NCBI GenBank assembly: GCA_963666205.1
Contig: OY762654.1
Coordinates: 2,884,784 to 2,948,783 of the forward strand
Source: Synergistales bacterium
GTDB taxonomy: Bacteria; Synergistota; Synergistia; Synergistales; JAFGMB01
DNA: 64,000 bases
Direction: 5' to 3'
Shown: one piece after another, positions 43,334-55,167 of the stretch
How positions within the stretch are numbered: position 1 is the stretch's first letter
Layout of the letters: every line of letters starts with the position of its first letter
Position numbers and translations under genes: made by a program
The notes under the pieces: model-generated
The model's database searches: none
What the model saw: only the letters and a program-made list of their open reading frames with translations
Told to the model about the DNA's origin: nothing

Positions 43334-44446
43334 TCAAGCTATATCAAGATCATTGTCAAGAGTATGGTCATTTTTATTGACGAAATCAGATAGTCTTACC
43401 AGGACTTCCAGTATCAGACTCATATCTTCTTCTTTCCCGACAGATATCCTTAACCATGTTCCTGGATAAGCAGGCATATTAATATATTTGATATGGATTC
43501 CCTGATTTTCCATGCTTTGCCTGATAAGGTTCCGGTTAATACCTGTCTGAAGAAGAACAAAATTTGAGTTACTAGGGAAAGCCCGCCACCTGGAAATTCT
43601 GTTAACGGACGTAATGAACTTGTCCCTTATATACCTTATGGTGGAAACTCTGCTTTCCATCCATTCACTATAGGAGAGCATAATCCTCGCCACTTCCTGG
43701 GACAACACATTTACGTTATAAGGGCAACGTATTTCATTCACTTTGGACGCCACATCATCACTGCATATGGCATAACCCAATCGAACTCCGGCTAAACCCC
43801 ATGCCTTTGACAAGGTTTTTAAAATCACTGTCCTGTGAGGAATTGTTGTATTACTGATCTTTTTCAGATAATTGTGAGATGCGAATTCTCCGTATGCTTC
43901 GTCAATAACTGTTATACCTGGAGATAAATGCGTAACTTGATCGATAAATCCTGAAGATAGGGATAACCCTGTGGGATTGTTTGGGGAATCAATCAACACA
44001 AGAGAGGGGGATGAAGCTGATAGGGAATCAATAAAATCTTCTTCATCAAGAGAAAAGATGCCACCATTTAAAAGTATCGGGACTGTTCTCTGTTCTGCAT
44101 TATAAACTTTGGACAAATGGGAATATTCTGAAAAACTTGGATCCATTGTTAATACCGTATCCCCGGGTTTTACATAAGAGGCATACAATAGCCAGAGTAT
44201 TTCATCTCCACCATTCCCAACTACTATATTTTCAGGAGGGAATCCAGTTACAGAAGAAAGACATTCCCTTAACTTTCTATAGCTCGATTCTGGATATCTG
44301 TTGAGAAATAATTGGGGCAGGAGATCTCTTATCTCTTCCATCGGAGAAGGGGGCAGCGGAAAGGGGTTCTCATTCTTGTCAAGAAAGGTATTTTCTCCCA
44401 AATTGTCGAATGATTGGGGGTTTGTTAAAGTAGATTTAGATTTCAA
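43334..44446 (-). CDS. hisC: Histidinol-phosphate aminotransferase-like PLP enzyme
   Basis: LDKNENP, NRYP, GNGGDE, SPNNPTG, IDEAYGEF, TLSKAWGLAGVRLGY; TTG start behind GGAGG. Confidence 0.75.
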   Translation of the reverse strand: MKSKSTLTNPQSFDNLGENTFLDKNENPFPLPPSPMEEIRDLLPQLFLNRYPESSYRKLRECLSSVTGFPPENIVVGNGGDEILWLLYASYVKPGDTVLTMDPSFSEYSHLSKVYNAEQRTVPILLNGGIFSLDEEDFIDSLSASSPSLVLIDSPNNPTGLSLSSGFIDQVTHLSPGITVIDEAYGEFASHNYLKKISNTTIPHRTVILKTLSKAWGLAGVRLGYAICSDDVASKVNEIRCPYNVNVLSQEVARIMLSYSEWMESRVSTIRYIRDKFITSVNRISRWRAFPSNSNFVLLQTGINRNLIRQSMENQGIHIKYINMPAYPGTWLRISVGKEEDMSLILEVLVRLSDFVNKNDHTLDNDLDIA

Positions 44447-44656
44447 TATATAGCCTCCAGTCGCTCTGTTATGATGAAGTAGTGCATTGTATTTATTCTT
44501 TGGGGAGTTTAGCATGGTATCCCTGTGATGTCAAATCATTATGTTTCTATGAACAGAACCAGGGGTAATAGACACCAGTATTTCAGAATGATATTTTGCT
44601 TTTCCCTATGAAAACTAATATACTCATTATAATTCTGATTCAGTGGAGGTCTATTA

Positions 44657-44863
44657 ATGCCAATAGTTGAAATTCACCTTCTCAAGGGAAGGACCGTTGA
44701 AAAGAAAAGGGTGCTTATTTCTGAACTGACAAAAACAATATGTAGATGTCTTGAGGTCAGGCCAGAACAAGTCAGGATTCTAATAGATGAGATGGAACAT
44801 TCTAATTTCGCTATCGCCGGTGAATTAATAAGTGACAGTCATTCCGTTAAGAAAGATAAGTAA
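44657..44863 (+). CDS. 4-oxalocrotonate tautomerase family protein
   Basis: Pro-1 after Met (MPIVEI), GRT.EKK, VRILIDE, FAIAG; GGAGG RBS. Confidence 0.9.
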   Translation: MPIVEIHLLKGRTVEKKRVLISELTKTICRCLEVRPEQVRILIDEMEHSNFAIAGELISDSHSVKKDK

Positions 44864-44960
44864 GAACCTTATGCCTGATAATGTAGACAATCTTAAATAC
44901 TTTCCCTAAATGCTCTTTTTTGCTGAAGTCAAGGAAAAAATAAATATATTCCTTTTTTCC

Positions 44961-44989
44961 TTGACGGAATTGCTATTCATCCCTATAAT
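44961..44989 (+). promoter_or_regulatory. Sigma70 promoter of the tRNA cluster
   Basis: TTGACG-17 bp-TATAAT ending 12 nt before tRNA-Leu. Confidence 0.85.
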
Positions 44990-45001
44990 ATTTGAGCGCT
45001 G

Positions 45002-45088
45002 GCCGGGCTGGCGGAAGTGGTAGACGCACGGGACTTAAAATCCTGTGGACGAGAGTCCGTGCGGGTTCGAGTCCCGCGTCCGGCACCA
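45002..45088 (+). tRNA. tRNA-Leu(TAA)
   Basis: Cloverleaf; anticodon loop CTTAAAA; long variable arm; GTTCGAG T-loop; CCA end. Confidence 0.96.
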
Positions 45089-45107
45089 GTAGATTAATCT
45101 TTAATAT

Positions 45108-45185
<78 letters not shown>

Positions 45186-45187
45186 CT

Positions 45188-45264
45188 GGCGGTGTAGCTC
45201 AGTTGGCTAGAGCATACGGTTCATACCCGTAGTGTCACTGGTTCGATTCCAGTCACCGCCACCA
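45188..45264 (+). tRNA. Elongator tRNA-Met(CAT)
   Basis: GGCGGTG acceptor, TACGG-TTCATAC-CCGTA anticodon arm typical of Firmicute-like elongator Met; CCA end. Confidence 0.9.
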
Positions 45265-45276
45265 ATTGGAAAGATA

Positions 45277-45307
45277 AAGCCCTCACTTAATGTGGGGGCT
45301 TTTTTTT
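45277..45307 (+). terminator. Intrinsic terminator after the tRNAs
   Basis: AAGCCCTCAC-ttaat-GTGGGGGCTT followed by a T run. Confidence 0.85.
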
Positions 45308-45518
45308 CGAGAAATGTCCAGTAAGAGTTCCGGGGCTAGGTCATTTTATCCAGGTTGGAACAGGTATCTCTGGTATCAAGGGAATGACGAATCTTGTCTA
45401 AGCCGGTATTTACAGTTATAATACATGATCGTCAGTCAGAACCGAACTGATCTTTCAGGTCAGTTCCAATCTGGAGAGAGGTATATCCTCTCCCACTCCT
45501 TCAGAAAAGAGCGTCCAG

Positions 45519-46922
45519 ATGAGGAAAGATCATCTTACTTCAAAATCGTTGCCATTCAACCTTTCGAATTCCTTCCTTCGAAGAAAGTTTATGAATATCG
45601 GGATAAGGCAGGGTTGGTGGAGTGAAGATAAAACCATTGTTCTTGCGGTTTCCGGCGGAAGCGATTCTGTGGCTATGTTATGGTTTTTCAATGAATTCTG
45701 GACTGGAAAGATTGTTGTTGCCCACCTTGAGCATGGTATTAGAGGTGAGGATTCCAGAAACGATGCAGACTTTGTCAAATCTTTATGTACTTCATGGGGT
45801 CTTGATTGCGAAGTCGAACATCGATCTGTTCCCCATCTTAAGGCAAAGGGAGAGTCTACCGAAGAGGCTGCAAGAAGGGTCAGGTATGAATTTCTCTATT
45901 CTGTAATAGAGTCACATCAAGCATCGTTGATAGCTGTAGCTCATAATTCTGATGACCAGGCTGAAACAGTCATCCACAACATCACAAGAGGTACAGGTCC
46001 ATTTGGTCTGGTCGGGATCCCTGAAAAACGGGAACGGATAATCCGTCCTGTTATAGACTTTTACAGGGAAGAGTTAAGAGAAATACTGAGATCCAGGAAT
46101 ATAACATGGTGTGAAGACCTTACTAATAACGATATTGCCATGACTCGCAACAGAATAAGACATAAACTTTTACCCTGGATAGAGAAGAACATCAATGCTC
46201 AGGCAAAAAAACATATTATCGACCTTGCCGGTAATATGAGATTTTTCAGAGAACTCGAAGAAGATAGATCAGAATCTATTAGAATTTATCTCGAGAGAAA
46301 AATTCCTGGCAGCGTTTACAGTTTTGATCTTAACCGGGCCAGAAAACTCAAGAATGAGGATCTTGTTATATTTATCAGGTCGATTGGGAGAACTTTTGGT
46401 ATGACATGCCTGCCCAGAAAGAGACTGGAAAACCTGGTAACCCTTATCAGAGATTCAGGCCGATGGAGATTTCAATGGCAGGATTCAATTGAACTATGTG
46501 CTGGTAAGGGCTTTGTTGGTCTTGTCGATTCAGATATATTCAAGGAAAAACCGGCACTTTCCGTTACACTTCCTGAGGAAGAGTTCACAGGCGAATGTTT
46601 CTGGAATGGATGGAAGATAGAATGGGAAACCATTAAGCAAAAATTTGCAAATCCAGGTTCCGGCTGCAGACAGGCTATTATTCCTCTACCTGAACAGGTA
46701 TCCCTTCAAATTACCAGTCATGCTGAATTCTGTTCAGGCTCAGATTATCAGAGTATCCCCTGGTGGGCCCGGAATGCCTGGCCTGTTTTTTCCCTAGGAA
46801 GTAGAATATTCTGGTTTCCTTCACTGTCTGATAACGATAACTCCTGTCTGGTCAGTAAGGAGAAGACTGATATGTTACTACGAATTACAGTATTGCCTGT
46901 TACTTTGGCGGAAGGAGCTTGA
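45519..46922 (+). CDS. tilS: tRNA(Ile)-lysidine synthase (start uncertain)
   Basis: AVSGGSDS PP-loop, HLEHGIRG, EEAARRVRY, AHNSDDQAET, RNRIRH; tilS-hpt-ftsH synteny. Confidence 0.94.
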   Translation: MRKDHLTSKSLPFNLSNSFLRRKFMNIGIRQGWWSEDKTIVLAVSGGSDSVAMLWFFNEFWTGKIVVAHLEHGIRGEDSRNDADFVKSLCTSWGLDCEVEHRSVPHLKAKGESTEEAARRVRYEFLYSVIESHQASLIAVAHNSDDQAETVIHNITRGTGPFGLVGIPEKRERIIRPVIDFYREELREILRSRNITWCEDLTNNDIAMTRNRIRHKLLPWIEKNINAQAKKHIIDLAGNMRFFRELEEDRSESIRIYLERKIPGSVYSFDLNRARKLKNEDLVIFIRSIGRTFGMTCLPRKRLENLVTLIRDSGRWRFQWQDSIELCAGKGFVGLVDSDIFKEKPALSVTLPEEEFTGECFWNGWKIEWETIKQKFANPGSGCRQAIIPLPEQVSLQITSHAEFCSGSDYQSIPWWARNAWPVFSLGSRIFWFPSLSDNDNSCLVSKEKTDMLLRITVLPVTLAEGA

Positions 46923-46924
46923 GC

Positions 46925-47479
46925 ATGGATTATGTTCTGTCCAATGTACTTATAGGATCACAAGAGATTGAGGATCGGGTTAAAAGACTTGGGCTGGAAA
47001 TAAGTACTCTTTATAGAGGAGAGGACCTTGTCGTCATAGGCATACTTAAAGGTGCAGTTGTCTTCCTTTCCGATCTGGTTCGTTTTATAAACAAAGATGT
47101 AAAAGTAGTTCTTGATTTTATGGCTGTTTCTTCATATGGAGATTCTACGAGGACTTCCGGTATAGTGAAAATTATCAAGGATGTGGATGCCAGCATCAAG
47201 GATAAACATGTTTTGATTGTAGAGGATATAGTTGATACTGGACTTACACTGTCTTACCTGGTGAAATTATTTAAGGAACGTTCACCAAAAAGCGTGAAAG
47301 TATGTGTATTATTAGATAAAGTTGAAAAAAGGAAGATCAATGTTGAAGTTGATTTTAAAGGTTTTGAGATACCCGACGATTTTGTTGTAGGTTATGGTCT
47401 TGATTATGCTGGAATTTGGAGAAATCTTCCTGATATCTATCGTGTGGAAAAGTGTAACAATGAAATTCTGAAAGGATGA
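46925..47479 (+). CDS. hpt: Hypoxanthine phosphoribosyltransferase
   Basis: GILKGA, VSSYG, IVEDIVDTGLTL, FVVGYGLDY. Confidence 0.95.
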   Translation: MDYVLSNVLIGSQEIEDRVKRLGLEISTLYRGEDLVVIGILKGAVVFLSDLVRFINKDVKVVLDFMAVSSYGDSTRTSGIVKIIKDVDASIKDKHVLIVEDIVDTGLTLSYLVKLFKERSPKSVKVCVLLDKVEKRKINVEVDFKGFEIPDDFVVGYGLDYAGIWRNLPDIYRVEKCNNEILKG

Positions 47480-47493
47480 GAGGTGGCGATCAT

Positions 47494-49428
47494 TTGCGCC
47501 GTTTAGCTAAAAACTTAGGTCTGTACTTAATATTAATTGTTCTTGTAGTCAGTCTGGTTAACGTTTTTCTTTCTCCGACGGAGAATCCTCCTGATTCCCA
47601 GGTGATCAGTTACAGTCAGTTCCTTTCCGCTGTCGATACTGGTAAGGTTAACACTGTAAATATAAATGATTCAGTTATTCAGGGAGAATTCACAAGCGGA
47701 GAGACTTTTAAAACATATGTAGTTGGTGTGGGTGACCTGGCAAAGCAGATTGCGGATAAAGGGGTAGATGTTAAAGTTGAACCTCCACAGAAAACTCCAT
47801 GGTGGGCAGCGATCCTTTCGTCACTTTTCCCTACTCTTCTGCTGATAGGAGTGTGGATATTTTTCCTTTACCACATGCAGGGTGGTGGAGGAAAGGTAAT
47901 GAATTTTGCCAAGAGCAAAGCCAAACTTTTTCTGGACAATCGACCCAAGGTGACCTTTGATGATGTCGCTGGCTGTGATGAATCCAAAGAGGAATTGAGT
48001 GAGGTTATTCAATACCTCAGAGATCCCAGTAAGTTTGTCGCTCTTGGTGCCAGGGTTCCCAGAGGAGTTCTGTTGCTTGGCCCTCCTGGAACAGGTAAAA
48101 CCCTTCTCGCTCGTGCTTCAGCCGGAGAAGCAGATGTTCCCTTTTTCAGTGTCAGCGGTTCAGACTTTGTCGAGATGTTTGTTGGAGTAGGAGCTGCCAG
48201 GGTAAGAGACCTTTTTGAACAGGCAAGAAAATATCAGCCCTGTATAATCTTTATTGATGAAATGGATGCTGTAGGTAGACATCGCGGGGCAGGATTGGGA
48301 GGAGGGCATGATGAAAGGGAACAGACCCTGAATCAACTTCTTGTAGAGCTTGACGGTTTTGATGAAACAACAGGTATCATACTTATAGCTGCAACCAACA
48401 GACCGGATATCCTTGACCCTGCACTTCTGAGGCCAGGCCGATTTGACAGGCATATAGTTGTTGACAGGCCTGATGTCAAAGGGAGGGAAGCCATCCTGAA
48501 AGTTCATCTAAAAGATAAAAAGATTGCAGCTGACATTGATCTTGGTGTGATAGCAAGAAGAACTCCAGGTTTTGTAGGAGCGGATATTGCTAATCTCGTT
48601 AACGAGGCTGCTCTTCTTGCCGCCCGTCAAGGGAAACAGATCGTTGAAATGGATGATTTTGAAGAAGGTATCGATCGCGTTCTAGCTGGTCCCGAGAGAA
48701 AAAGCAGACTGATAAGTCCAAGAGAAAAAAATATTATTGCTTATCATGAAACAGGTCATGCCCTTGTTGCTAAACATCTTCCCGGTTCTGATCCAGTACA
48801 TAAGATCTCTATCATTCCTCGTGGCCACATGGCACTTGGTTATACCCTGCAGCTTCCGGAAGAAGACAGATTCCTTATGTCTAAACTTGAACTTGAAAAT
48901 AAGATCTGTATTCTTCTCGGTGGTCGAGTCGCCGAGGAACTTGAATTTGGAGATGTAACCACAGGTGCAGGGAATGACCTTGAGAGGGCTACCCAGATTG
49001 CTCGACAGATGGTTATGGAATTTGGGATGAGTGATCGCCTTGGCCTTGTTAAACTTGGTCACAAGCGTCAGGAGATATTCCTGGGCCGTGATATTGCCGA
49101 GGAACGAAATTACAGCGAAGAAATAGCCTATGCTATTGATCAGGAGATACGTAATATAATAGATTCCTGTTACAACAAAGTCCGTCAGATCTTAACAGAT
49201 AATTCAGAAGATCTGGCGAAAGTAGCAAAAACCTTACTTGAAAAAGAGGTAATTGAAGGCAAGGAACTTGATGCTATACTAGGGATGGAAGAAGAACTTC
49301 CAATAGTTGATGAATCGGAAACAGGGGAAAATGTTAACGAAAAAATCCCTGATACTGATATGGCGAATGAAACTTCTTTTGACACTCATAGCCTCCCAGG
49401 AGATAATCCCGATACCGTGCCAGCGTAA
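47494..49428 (+). CDS. ftsH: ATP-dependent zinc metalloprotease
   Basis: Two TM segments, [26 protein letters not shown]. Confidence 0.97.
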   Translation: MRRLAKNLGLYLILIVLVVSLVNVFLSPTENPPDSQVISYSQFLSAVDTGKVNTVNINDSVIQGEFTSGETFKTYVVGVGDLAKQIADKGVDVKVEPPQKTPWWAAILSSLFPTLLLIGVWIFFLYHMQGGGGKVMNFAKSKAKLFLDNRPKVTFDDVAGCDESKEELSEVIQYLRDPSKFVALGARVPRGVLLLGPPGTGKTLLARASAGEADVPFFSVSGSDFVEMFVGVGAARVRDLFEQARKYQPCIIFIDEMDAVGRHRGAGLGGGHDEREQTLNQLLVELDGFDETTGIILIAATNRPDILDPALLRPGRFDRHIVVDRPDVKGREAILKVHLKDKKIAADIDLGVIARRTPGFVGADIANLVNEAALLAARQGKQIVEMDDFEEGIDRVLAGPERKSRLISPREKNIIAYHETGHALVAKHLPGSDPVHKISIIPRGHMALGYTLQLPEEDRFLMSKLELENKICILLGGRVAEELEFGDVTTGAGNDLERATQIARQMVMEFGMSDRLGLVKLGHKRQEIFLGRDIAEERNYSEEIAYAIDQEIRNIIDSCYNKVRQILTDNSEDLAKVAKTLLEKEVIEGKELDAILGMEEELPIVDESETGENVNEKIPDTDMANETSFDTHSLPGDNPDTVPA

Positions 49429-49480
49429 AAGAGTTGTATCTTATCCTCTCAAGCGAGAATGGGATTAGACATGTAGGATC

Positions 49481-49522
49481 AGGAGCGTCGAGGAATTCCT
49501 CTTCGCTCCTTGTTTATTTATT
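49481..49522 (+). terminator. Probable terminator after ftsH
   Basis: AGGAGCG..GAGG-aatt-CCTC..CGCTCCT followed by a T-rich tail. Confidence 0.6.
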
Positions 49523-49548
49523 ATGAACTATAAGAATTGGAGCATTAA

Positions 49549-51588
49549 ATGGACCGATTTGAACTCAAATCGAAATGGAATGCATCGGGAGATCAACCCG
49601 AGGCTATTAAAGATCTTCTTCAGGGTATCAGTTCCGGATACCAGTATCAGACTCTTCTTGGTGTTACTGGAAGCGGAAAAACCTTTACCATTGCAAATGT
49701 CATCCAGGATATCCAACGTCCCCTTCTTGTACTTGCCCATAATAAAACCCTTGCGGCACAGCTTTACAGTGAGTTCAAATCTTTCTTCCCTTTTAATTCA
49801 GTAAACTATTTCGTGAGTTATTATGATTACTACCAGCCAGAAGCATATGTTCCTTCCAGCGATGTTTATATTGAAAAGGATGCGTCCATAAATGAAAAGA
49901 TCGAAAAACTACGTCTTGCCACTACTAAATCACTTCTGGAGAGAAAAGATGTGATTGTTGTTGCAAGTGTTTCATGTATTTACGGTCTTGGTAAACGGCA
50001 AACTTATGAAGATGCTGTCTTTAGATTCCAAGTTGGAGATACTTTTGGCAGGCGCTCATTTATGGAGAAACTTGTACAGAATTACTATGAACGAAATGAT
50101 ATCAACCTTCAGCCGGGGAACTTCAGAGCGAGGGGCGATATCATTGAGATATTTCCGGCTTATAGTGATAATGCTTTAAGGATTTCATTTTTTGATGAAG
50201 AGATTGAAAGGATAGAAGAGATTGATCCCCTTCGTGGCAAATCAATTGAAGTAAAAGAAAAAGCTTCCATCTTTCCGGCACAACATTACGTTACAAATGA
50301 GAATGCTATAAGAGATGCTTTGATTAAAATTGAAGCTGAAATGGAAGAAACAGTCGAGAGGTTTCTTAGGTCTGGAAAATATCTGGAAGCACAAAGGATC
50401 AAAATGAGAACCAGATATGATATGGAGATGTTGTCCGAAGTCGGATACTGTTCCGGCATCGAGAACTATTCCCGTTTCCTTGATGGCAGGGGTCCTGGAG
50501 AGGCTCCAGGATCCCTGCTTGATTTTTTCCCGGAAGATTTCCTGATGGTTATCGATGAATCCCATATCACCATTCCTCAAATCAGGGGAATGTATAATGG
50601 AGATCGCGCCAGAAAATTGACGTTGGTTGAAAATGGATTCAGACTTCCTTCGTGTCTGGACAACAGGCCTTTAAACTGGGAAGAATTCAAGCAATATCTT
50701 AAGCAGGTTATTTTCGTTTCAGCTACACCAGGTGATTGGGAAAAGACTGTAAGTCAGAACATAGTAGAACAGATAGTCCGTCCCACGGGAGTTCTTGATC
50801 CGGAAGTTGAAATCTCTCCTGCCACAGGTCAGGTAGATGACCTTGTTCATAGACTCCGGATTATCGTAAAAAACGAACAGCGAGCCCTTGTTACCACTCT
50901 TACAAAAAGAGCCTCGGAGGATCTGGCAGAGTATCTGGCAGAGTTGGGTTTTAAGGTCAAATATATCCATTCGGAGCTCAATGCTTTTGAGAGAGCTGAA
51001 CTTCTCCAGGATCTACGCAAGGGAAACGTTTCTGTCCTTGTCGGGATAAACCTTCTCCGAGAAGGACTGGACCTTCCTGAAGTGGCTCTTGTAGCGATCC
51101 TTGATGCAGACAGGGAAGGGTTTCTTCGTTCCCACAGATCTCTCATTCAGATTATGGGAAGAGCTGCCAGAAATGTTTCTGGCATGGTCGTATTATATGC
51201 AGATGATATTACCGGGAGTATAAGAACTGCTATGGAAGAGACGCAACGTAGACGGTCCCTCCAGTTAAAGTATAATGAAGAACATAATATTATCCCCACC
51301 TCCATTTCCAAGGATATCATCAGCCTGCTTCCTGAGGATATTGTCAAGGAAATCCCATTTTCAAGCAGGGTCGCCAATGACGATGTTTCAAATGGACTAC
51401 CCGTAGAGATTCTTGAAGAAATGATGTGGAATTTCGTAGAGAAGCTTGATTTCGAAAAAGCCGCAAGGATAAGAGATCTTCTTGTCAGCAGAAATGGAGG
51501 AGAAGAACAGAGTGGAACGTTTCATAAGAATTCAGGGAGCAAGAGAACACAATCTCAAAAACATAAGCGTAAATATTCCAAAAGATAA
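49549..51588 (+). CDS. uvrB: Excinuclease ABC subunit B
   Basis: [28 protein letters not shown]-terminal [12 protein letters not shown]. Confidence 0.97.
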   Translation: MDRFELKSKWNASGDQPEAIKDLLQGISSGYQYQTLLGVTGSGKTFTIANVIQDIQRPLLVLAHNKTLAAQLYSEFKSFFPFNSVNYFVSYYDYYQPEAYVPSSDVYIEKDASINEKIEKLRLATTKSLLERKDVIVVASVSCIYGLGKRQTYEDAVFRFQVGDTFGRRSFMEKLVQNYYERNDINLQPGNFRARGDIIEIFPAYSDNALRISFFDEEIERIEEIDPLRGKSIEVKEKASIFPAQHYVTNENAIRDALIKIEAEMEETVERFLRSGKYLEAQRIKMRTRYDMEMLSEVGYCSGIENYSRFLDGRGPGEAPGSLLDFFPEDFLMVIDESHITIPQIRGMYNGDRARKLTLVENGFRLPSCLDNRPLNWEEFKQYLKQVIFVSATPGDWEKTVSQNIVEQIVRPTGVLDPEVEISPATGQVDDLVHRLRIIVKNEQRALVTTLTKRASEDLAEYLAELGFKVKYIHSELNAFERAELLQDLRKGNVSVLVGINLLREGLDLPEVALVAILDADREGFLRSHRSLIQIMGRAARNVSGMVVLYADDITGSIRTAMEETQRRRSLQLKYNEEHNIIPTSISKDIISLLPEDIVKEIPFSSRVANDDVSNGLPVEILEEMMWNFVEKLDFEKAARIRDLLVSRNGGEEQSGTFHKNSGSKRTQSQKHKRKYSKR

Positions 51589-54334
51589 GTTTGTAGTGAT
51601 AACGGGTCCTTCTGGATCAGGAAAATCTTCTCTTGCTTTTGATACTCTTTACGCAGAGGGACAGAGAAGGTATGTTGAGTCACTTTCAGCATATGCTCGT
51701 CAGTTTCTGGGTGTTCAGGATAAACCGGATGTGGATGATATTTCCGGCCTTTCCCCCGCTATATCCATAGAACAGAAGGGGACTTCCCATAATCCCCGAT
51801 CAACAGTAGGTACTGTCACGGAAATATACGATCATCTTCGTCTCCTTTTCGGTCGAATCGGTATACCTCATTGTCCTTCATGTGGAATGCCTGTAATAAA
51901 ATATTCACTTGACGAGATCCTTGATGAACTCTACCGGAACTTCGAAGGCGAAAAGATAGAAATTCTGTCTCCCCAGGTCAGAGGAAAGAAGGGCGAGTTC
52001 AGGAATCTCTTTGCCAGGAATCGGGAACAGGGTTTTATGCGTATCAGAGTGGATGGTTCTGTTATGTGGCTGGAAGAAGATATACCTCTGGATAAGAACA
52101 AAAAACATAATATTGAGGTCATCGTAGATAGGCTTAAGGTTTTGCCTGAAAGGAAGAACAGAATAGCTGAAGCAGTGGAAACATCTCTTTCTTTAAGCGA
52201 AGGGTATGTGATGATCTGTGGTGAGTCTTCAGAGAGGATACTCACTGAAAATTATGTATGTCCTGAATGTGGTATATCACTCCCGGAAGTCGAACCCAGA
52301 CTTTTTTCATTCAACAGTCCTTACGGAGCTTGTCCTGACTGTTCAGGTCTCGGAAGTCACCAGTATTTTTCAGAAGAGTCGACGACAGATCCTCTGCGCT
52401 CAATATTTGAGGGTGCCCTGCTTCCCTGGAAGAAAAAACACTATATGATCAACAAGCTTGAGCGTTTTGCAGAATATAACAATTGGGATCTTTCGAAACA
52501 CTTTAAAGATCTTTCGCAAAGGGAAAAAGAATTTATTCTCTATGGTTCCGATCAAAGAATATCACTTGAATTCAGAGACAGGTCAAAGGTCAGGACCTAT
52601 ATGGGGAGATACGAGGGATTATTACCGTGGCTTGAGAGCCGATGGAGGGAAACTGATTCAGATAATGTTATTGATGACCTTTCCAAGTTCAGGGTTGAAG
52701 ATATATGTCAGAAATGCCACGGATTACGTCTCAGACCTGAAGCTCTTATGGTTAGAGTAGGGAAATATACAATGGGTGATCTGGTAGAAATTCCAGTTCA
52801 GGACCTTATAGCAATAGTTAACGGGATTAACCTCAGTGCTAAAGAAGATTCAATTGTCGGCCAGGTTATTGTGGAGTTGATGAAAAGGCTGAGTTTCCTC
52901 ATGGATGTGGGGGTGGGATACCTTTCACTCAACAGAAGAGCTGATTCCCTCAGTGGCGGAGAGAGTCAGAGAATCCGATTGGCCACCCAGATAGGTTCTA
53001 AGCTGACAGGCGTTATGTATGTCCTTGATGAACCTACAATTGGCCTTCATCCAAGAGATACGGACCGTTTACTAAAGACATTGTTGTCGATAAGAGATCT
53101 TGGAAATACTGTTATAGTGGTGGAACATGATCGTGATACTATGTGTAATGCTGATTTCTTAATTGAAATGGGACCTGAAGCTGGCGAAAAGGGTGGAGAA
53201 ATAATCCAGTCAGGAGATCTGGATCATATTACAACTGAGAGATCTCTGACTGCACCATTTCTTAAAGGCTACGCATCAGCAATAACTAAGACTCCAGCTA
53301 CTCCTCGAAAACCTGAGAGCTGGATAAAGGTGATCGGTGCCTGTCATAATAATCTGAAAAATATCAATGTAAATATACCGCTGGGTGTCCTTACATGTAT
53401 CAGCGGGGTTTCAGGTTCCGGCAAGAGTACTTTGACCCATCAGGTACTTTACAAGGGACTTAAACGGTCTCTTGATTCGGATTTTAGAGAGAGGCCCGGC
53501 AAATATCTGGGAATTGAAGGCTGGGAAGTACTGAAAAATGTAGTTCTTGTAGATCAGTCCCCTATAGGGAGAACTCCGAGGTCCAACCCTGCCACTTACA
53601 CGGGGGTATTTACTCTTATACGGGAGCTTTTTTCCAAAGTCCAGGAATCCCGAATGCGGGGTTATTCTCCTGGCCGGTTCAGTTTCAATATCAAAGGGGG
53701 AAGATGTGAAGCATGTGGCGGAGGAGGTTCTGTGAAAGTTTCCATGCTTTTCCTGCCCGATGTTTATGTTAAATGTGAGGTATGTGATGGAAAAAGGTAT
53801 AATAGCGAAACTCTTGAAGTACATTATAAAGGTAAAAATATTTCAGAAGTTCTTGATATGACTGTAGATGAAGCGAAGACCTTTTTTGAGGATATACCCC
53901 GTATCTCATCCAAACTTGCACTTTTGCAGGATGCTGGTCTTGGATATATTAAACTGGGGCAGTCTGCCCTAACTCTCAGTGGAGGAGAAGCTCAGAGGGT
54001 CAAACTGGGCAAGGAGTTGAGCAAACGCTTTACTGGTCACACCCTATATATCCTTGATGAACCTACTACAGGCCTCTTCTATACAGATGTCAGAAAACTA
54101 TTGAAAATACTGCATAAGATTGTTAACAAGGGTAATAGTGTTCTTGTAATAGAACATAACCTTGATGTTCTGGTTTCTTCAGATTACATAATCGATCTGG
54201 GACCTGAGGGTGGAGATAAAGGCGGAAGGGTAGTCTTCAATGGAACTCCTGATAATCTGCTAAAATCCCGGAAAGGTTACACTTCCCGCAGCCTGAAGGA
54301 GTATATGAAAGATACACAGCGGAAGGATAGGTGA
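51512..54334 (+). CDS. uvrA: Excinuclease ABC subunit A
   Basis: GAREHNLKN, two ABC domains ([21 protein letters not shown]), zinc fingers; GTG start inferred. Confidence 0.96.
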   Translation: MERFIRIQGAREHNLKNISVNIPKDKFVVITGPSGSGKSSLAFDTLYAEGQRRYVESLSAYARQFLGVQDKPDVDDISGLSPAISIEQKGTSHNPRSTVGTVTEIYDHLRLLFGRIGIPHCPSCGMPVIKYSLDEILDELYRNFEGEKIEILSPQVRGKKGEFRNLFARNREQGFMRIRVDGSVMWLEEDIPLDKNKKHNIEVIVDRLKVLPERKNRIAEAVETSLSLSEGYVMICGESSERILTENYVCPECGISLPEVEPRLFSFNSPYGACPDCSGLGSHQYFSEESTTDPLRSIFEGALLPWKKKHYMINKLERFAEYNNWDLSKHFKDLSQREKEFILYGSDQRISLEFRDRSKVRTYMGRYEGLLPWLESRWRETDSDNVIDDLSKFRVEDICQKCHGLRLRPEALMVRVGKYTMGDLVEIPVQDLIAIVNGINLSAKEDSIVGQVIVELMKRLSFLMDVGVGYLSLNRRADSLSGGESQRIRLATQIGSKLTGVMYVLDEPTIGLHPRDTDRLLKTLLSIRDLGNTVIVVEHDRDTMCNADFLIEMGPEAGEKGGEIIQSGDLDHITTERSLTAPFLKGYASAITKTPATPRKPESWIKVIGACHNNLKNINVNIPLGVLTCISGVSGSGKSTLTHQVLYKGLKRSLDSDFRERPGKYLGIEGWEVLKNVVLVDQSPIGRTPRSNPATYTGVFTLIRELFSKVQESRMRGYSPGRFSFNIKGGRCEACGGGGSVKVSMLFLPDVYVKCEVCDGKRYNSETLEVHYKGKNISEVLDMTVDEAKTFFEDIPRISSKLALLQDAGLGYIKLGQSALTLSGGEAQRVKLGKELSKRFTGHTLYILDEPTTGLFYTDVRKLLKILHKIVNKGNSVLVIEHNLDVLVSSDYIIDLGPEGGDKGGRVVFNGTPDNLLKSRKGYTSRSLKEYMKDTQRKDR

Positions 54335-55110
54335 TTATCCTGGTAAATATAAAGAATCCAAGGAATGGAACGGAACTCTGCTGGGGTCGACAGCCCGTAC
54401 TGACATTACTTTCAGAGTTTCCTTCAAAATGTGTAAAAGTTCTGCTTTCAGAATCTGCAGACAAAACCTTTTCCCACAGAGTTGAGGAAATCACATCTGC
54501 AAAAAATATTGTCCTTGAAAAGGTTCACGCAGGTGTTCTTGAGAAACTTTCCAAAGGAGAAAACCATCAGGGTATAGTTGTGCGCATAGAAGCATTTGAA
54601 CCTATTGATCTTGATGATTTTATACATGGACTGGATCCTGCCAAACCCAGCATGTTAATAATTCTCGACCACATACAGGATCCCCATAACCTCGGTGCAA
54701 TTATCCGTAGTGCAGAAGCGGCTGGCGCTTCTGGAGTGATATTCCCAAGCAAACGTTCTTCATCACCTACGGGGACTGTAATCAAGATAAGTGCAGGTTC
54801 TGCATTAAGGGTTCCTCTTATATGTGTGGTGAATATCTCAAGGACTCTTCAACTTCTTCAGAAGGCCGGTTTCTGGATTGTAGGTCTTGATCACAAGGGA
54901 GAACGGGGAATATGGGAAGATGATATGCCATCAAGGCTTGGTCTCGTCGTAGGTTCTGAAGGTGAAGGATTATCCAGGCTTGCAGCTTCTAAATGTGATG
55001 AACTTAGAAGTATTCCTATGAGCGGGAAGACCGCATCTCTTAATGCAAGTGTAGCCGCTGCTATCGGGATGTATGAATGGACAAGGGAATTTATGGGTAA
55101 AATAACCTAA
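54331..55110 (+). CDS. rlmB: 23S rRNA Gm2251 methyltransferase (TrmH/SpoU family)
   Basis: HQGIV, QDPHNLGAIIRSA, VGSEGEG, IPM.G..ASLNASVA. Confidence 0.9.
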   Translation: MIILVNIKNPRNGTELCWGRQPVLTLLSEFPSKCVKVLLSESADKTFSHRVEEITSAKNIVLEKVHAGVLEKLSKGENHQGIVVRIEAFEPIDLDDFIHGLDPAKPSMLIILDHIQDPHNLGAIIRSAEAAGASGVIFPSKRSSSPTGTVIKISAGSALRVPLICVVNISRTLQLLQKAGFWIVGLDHKGERGIWEDDMPSRLGLVVGSEGEGLSRLAASKCDELRSIPMSGKTASLNASVAAAIGMYEWTREFMGKIT

Positions 55111-55167
55111 GAATCATTTTACCTGTGTTGAAACAATTCACTTTACTATCTGGATGGGGTGTGAAGA

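Noticed and set aside
45188-45264. CAT tRNA as tRNA-Ile2 because it is next to tilS
   Set aside because: Acceptor and anticodon arms match elongator tRNA-Met; tRNAscan-SE isotype models would confirm
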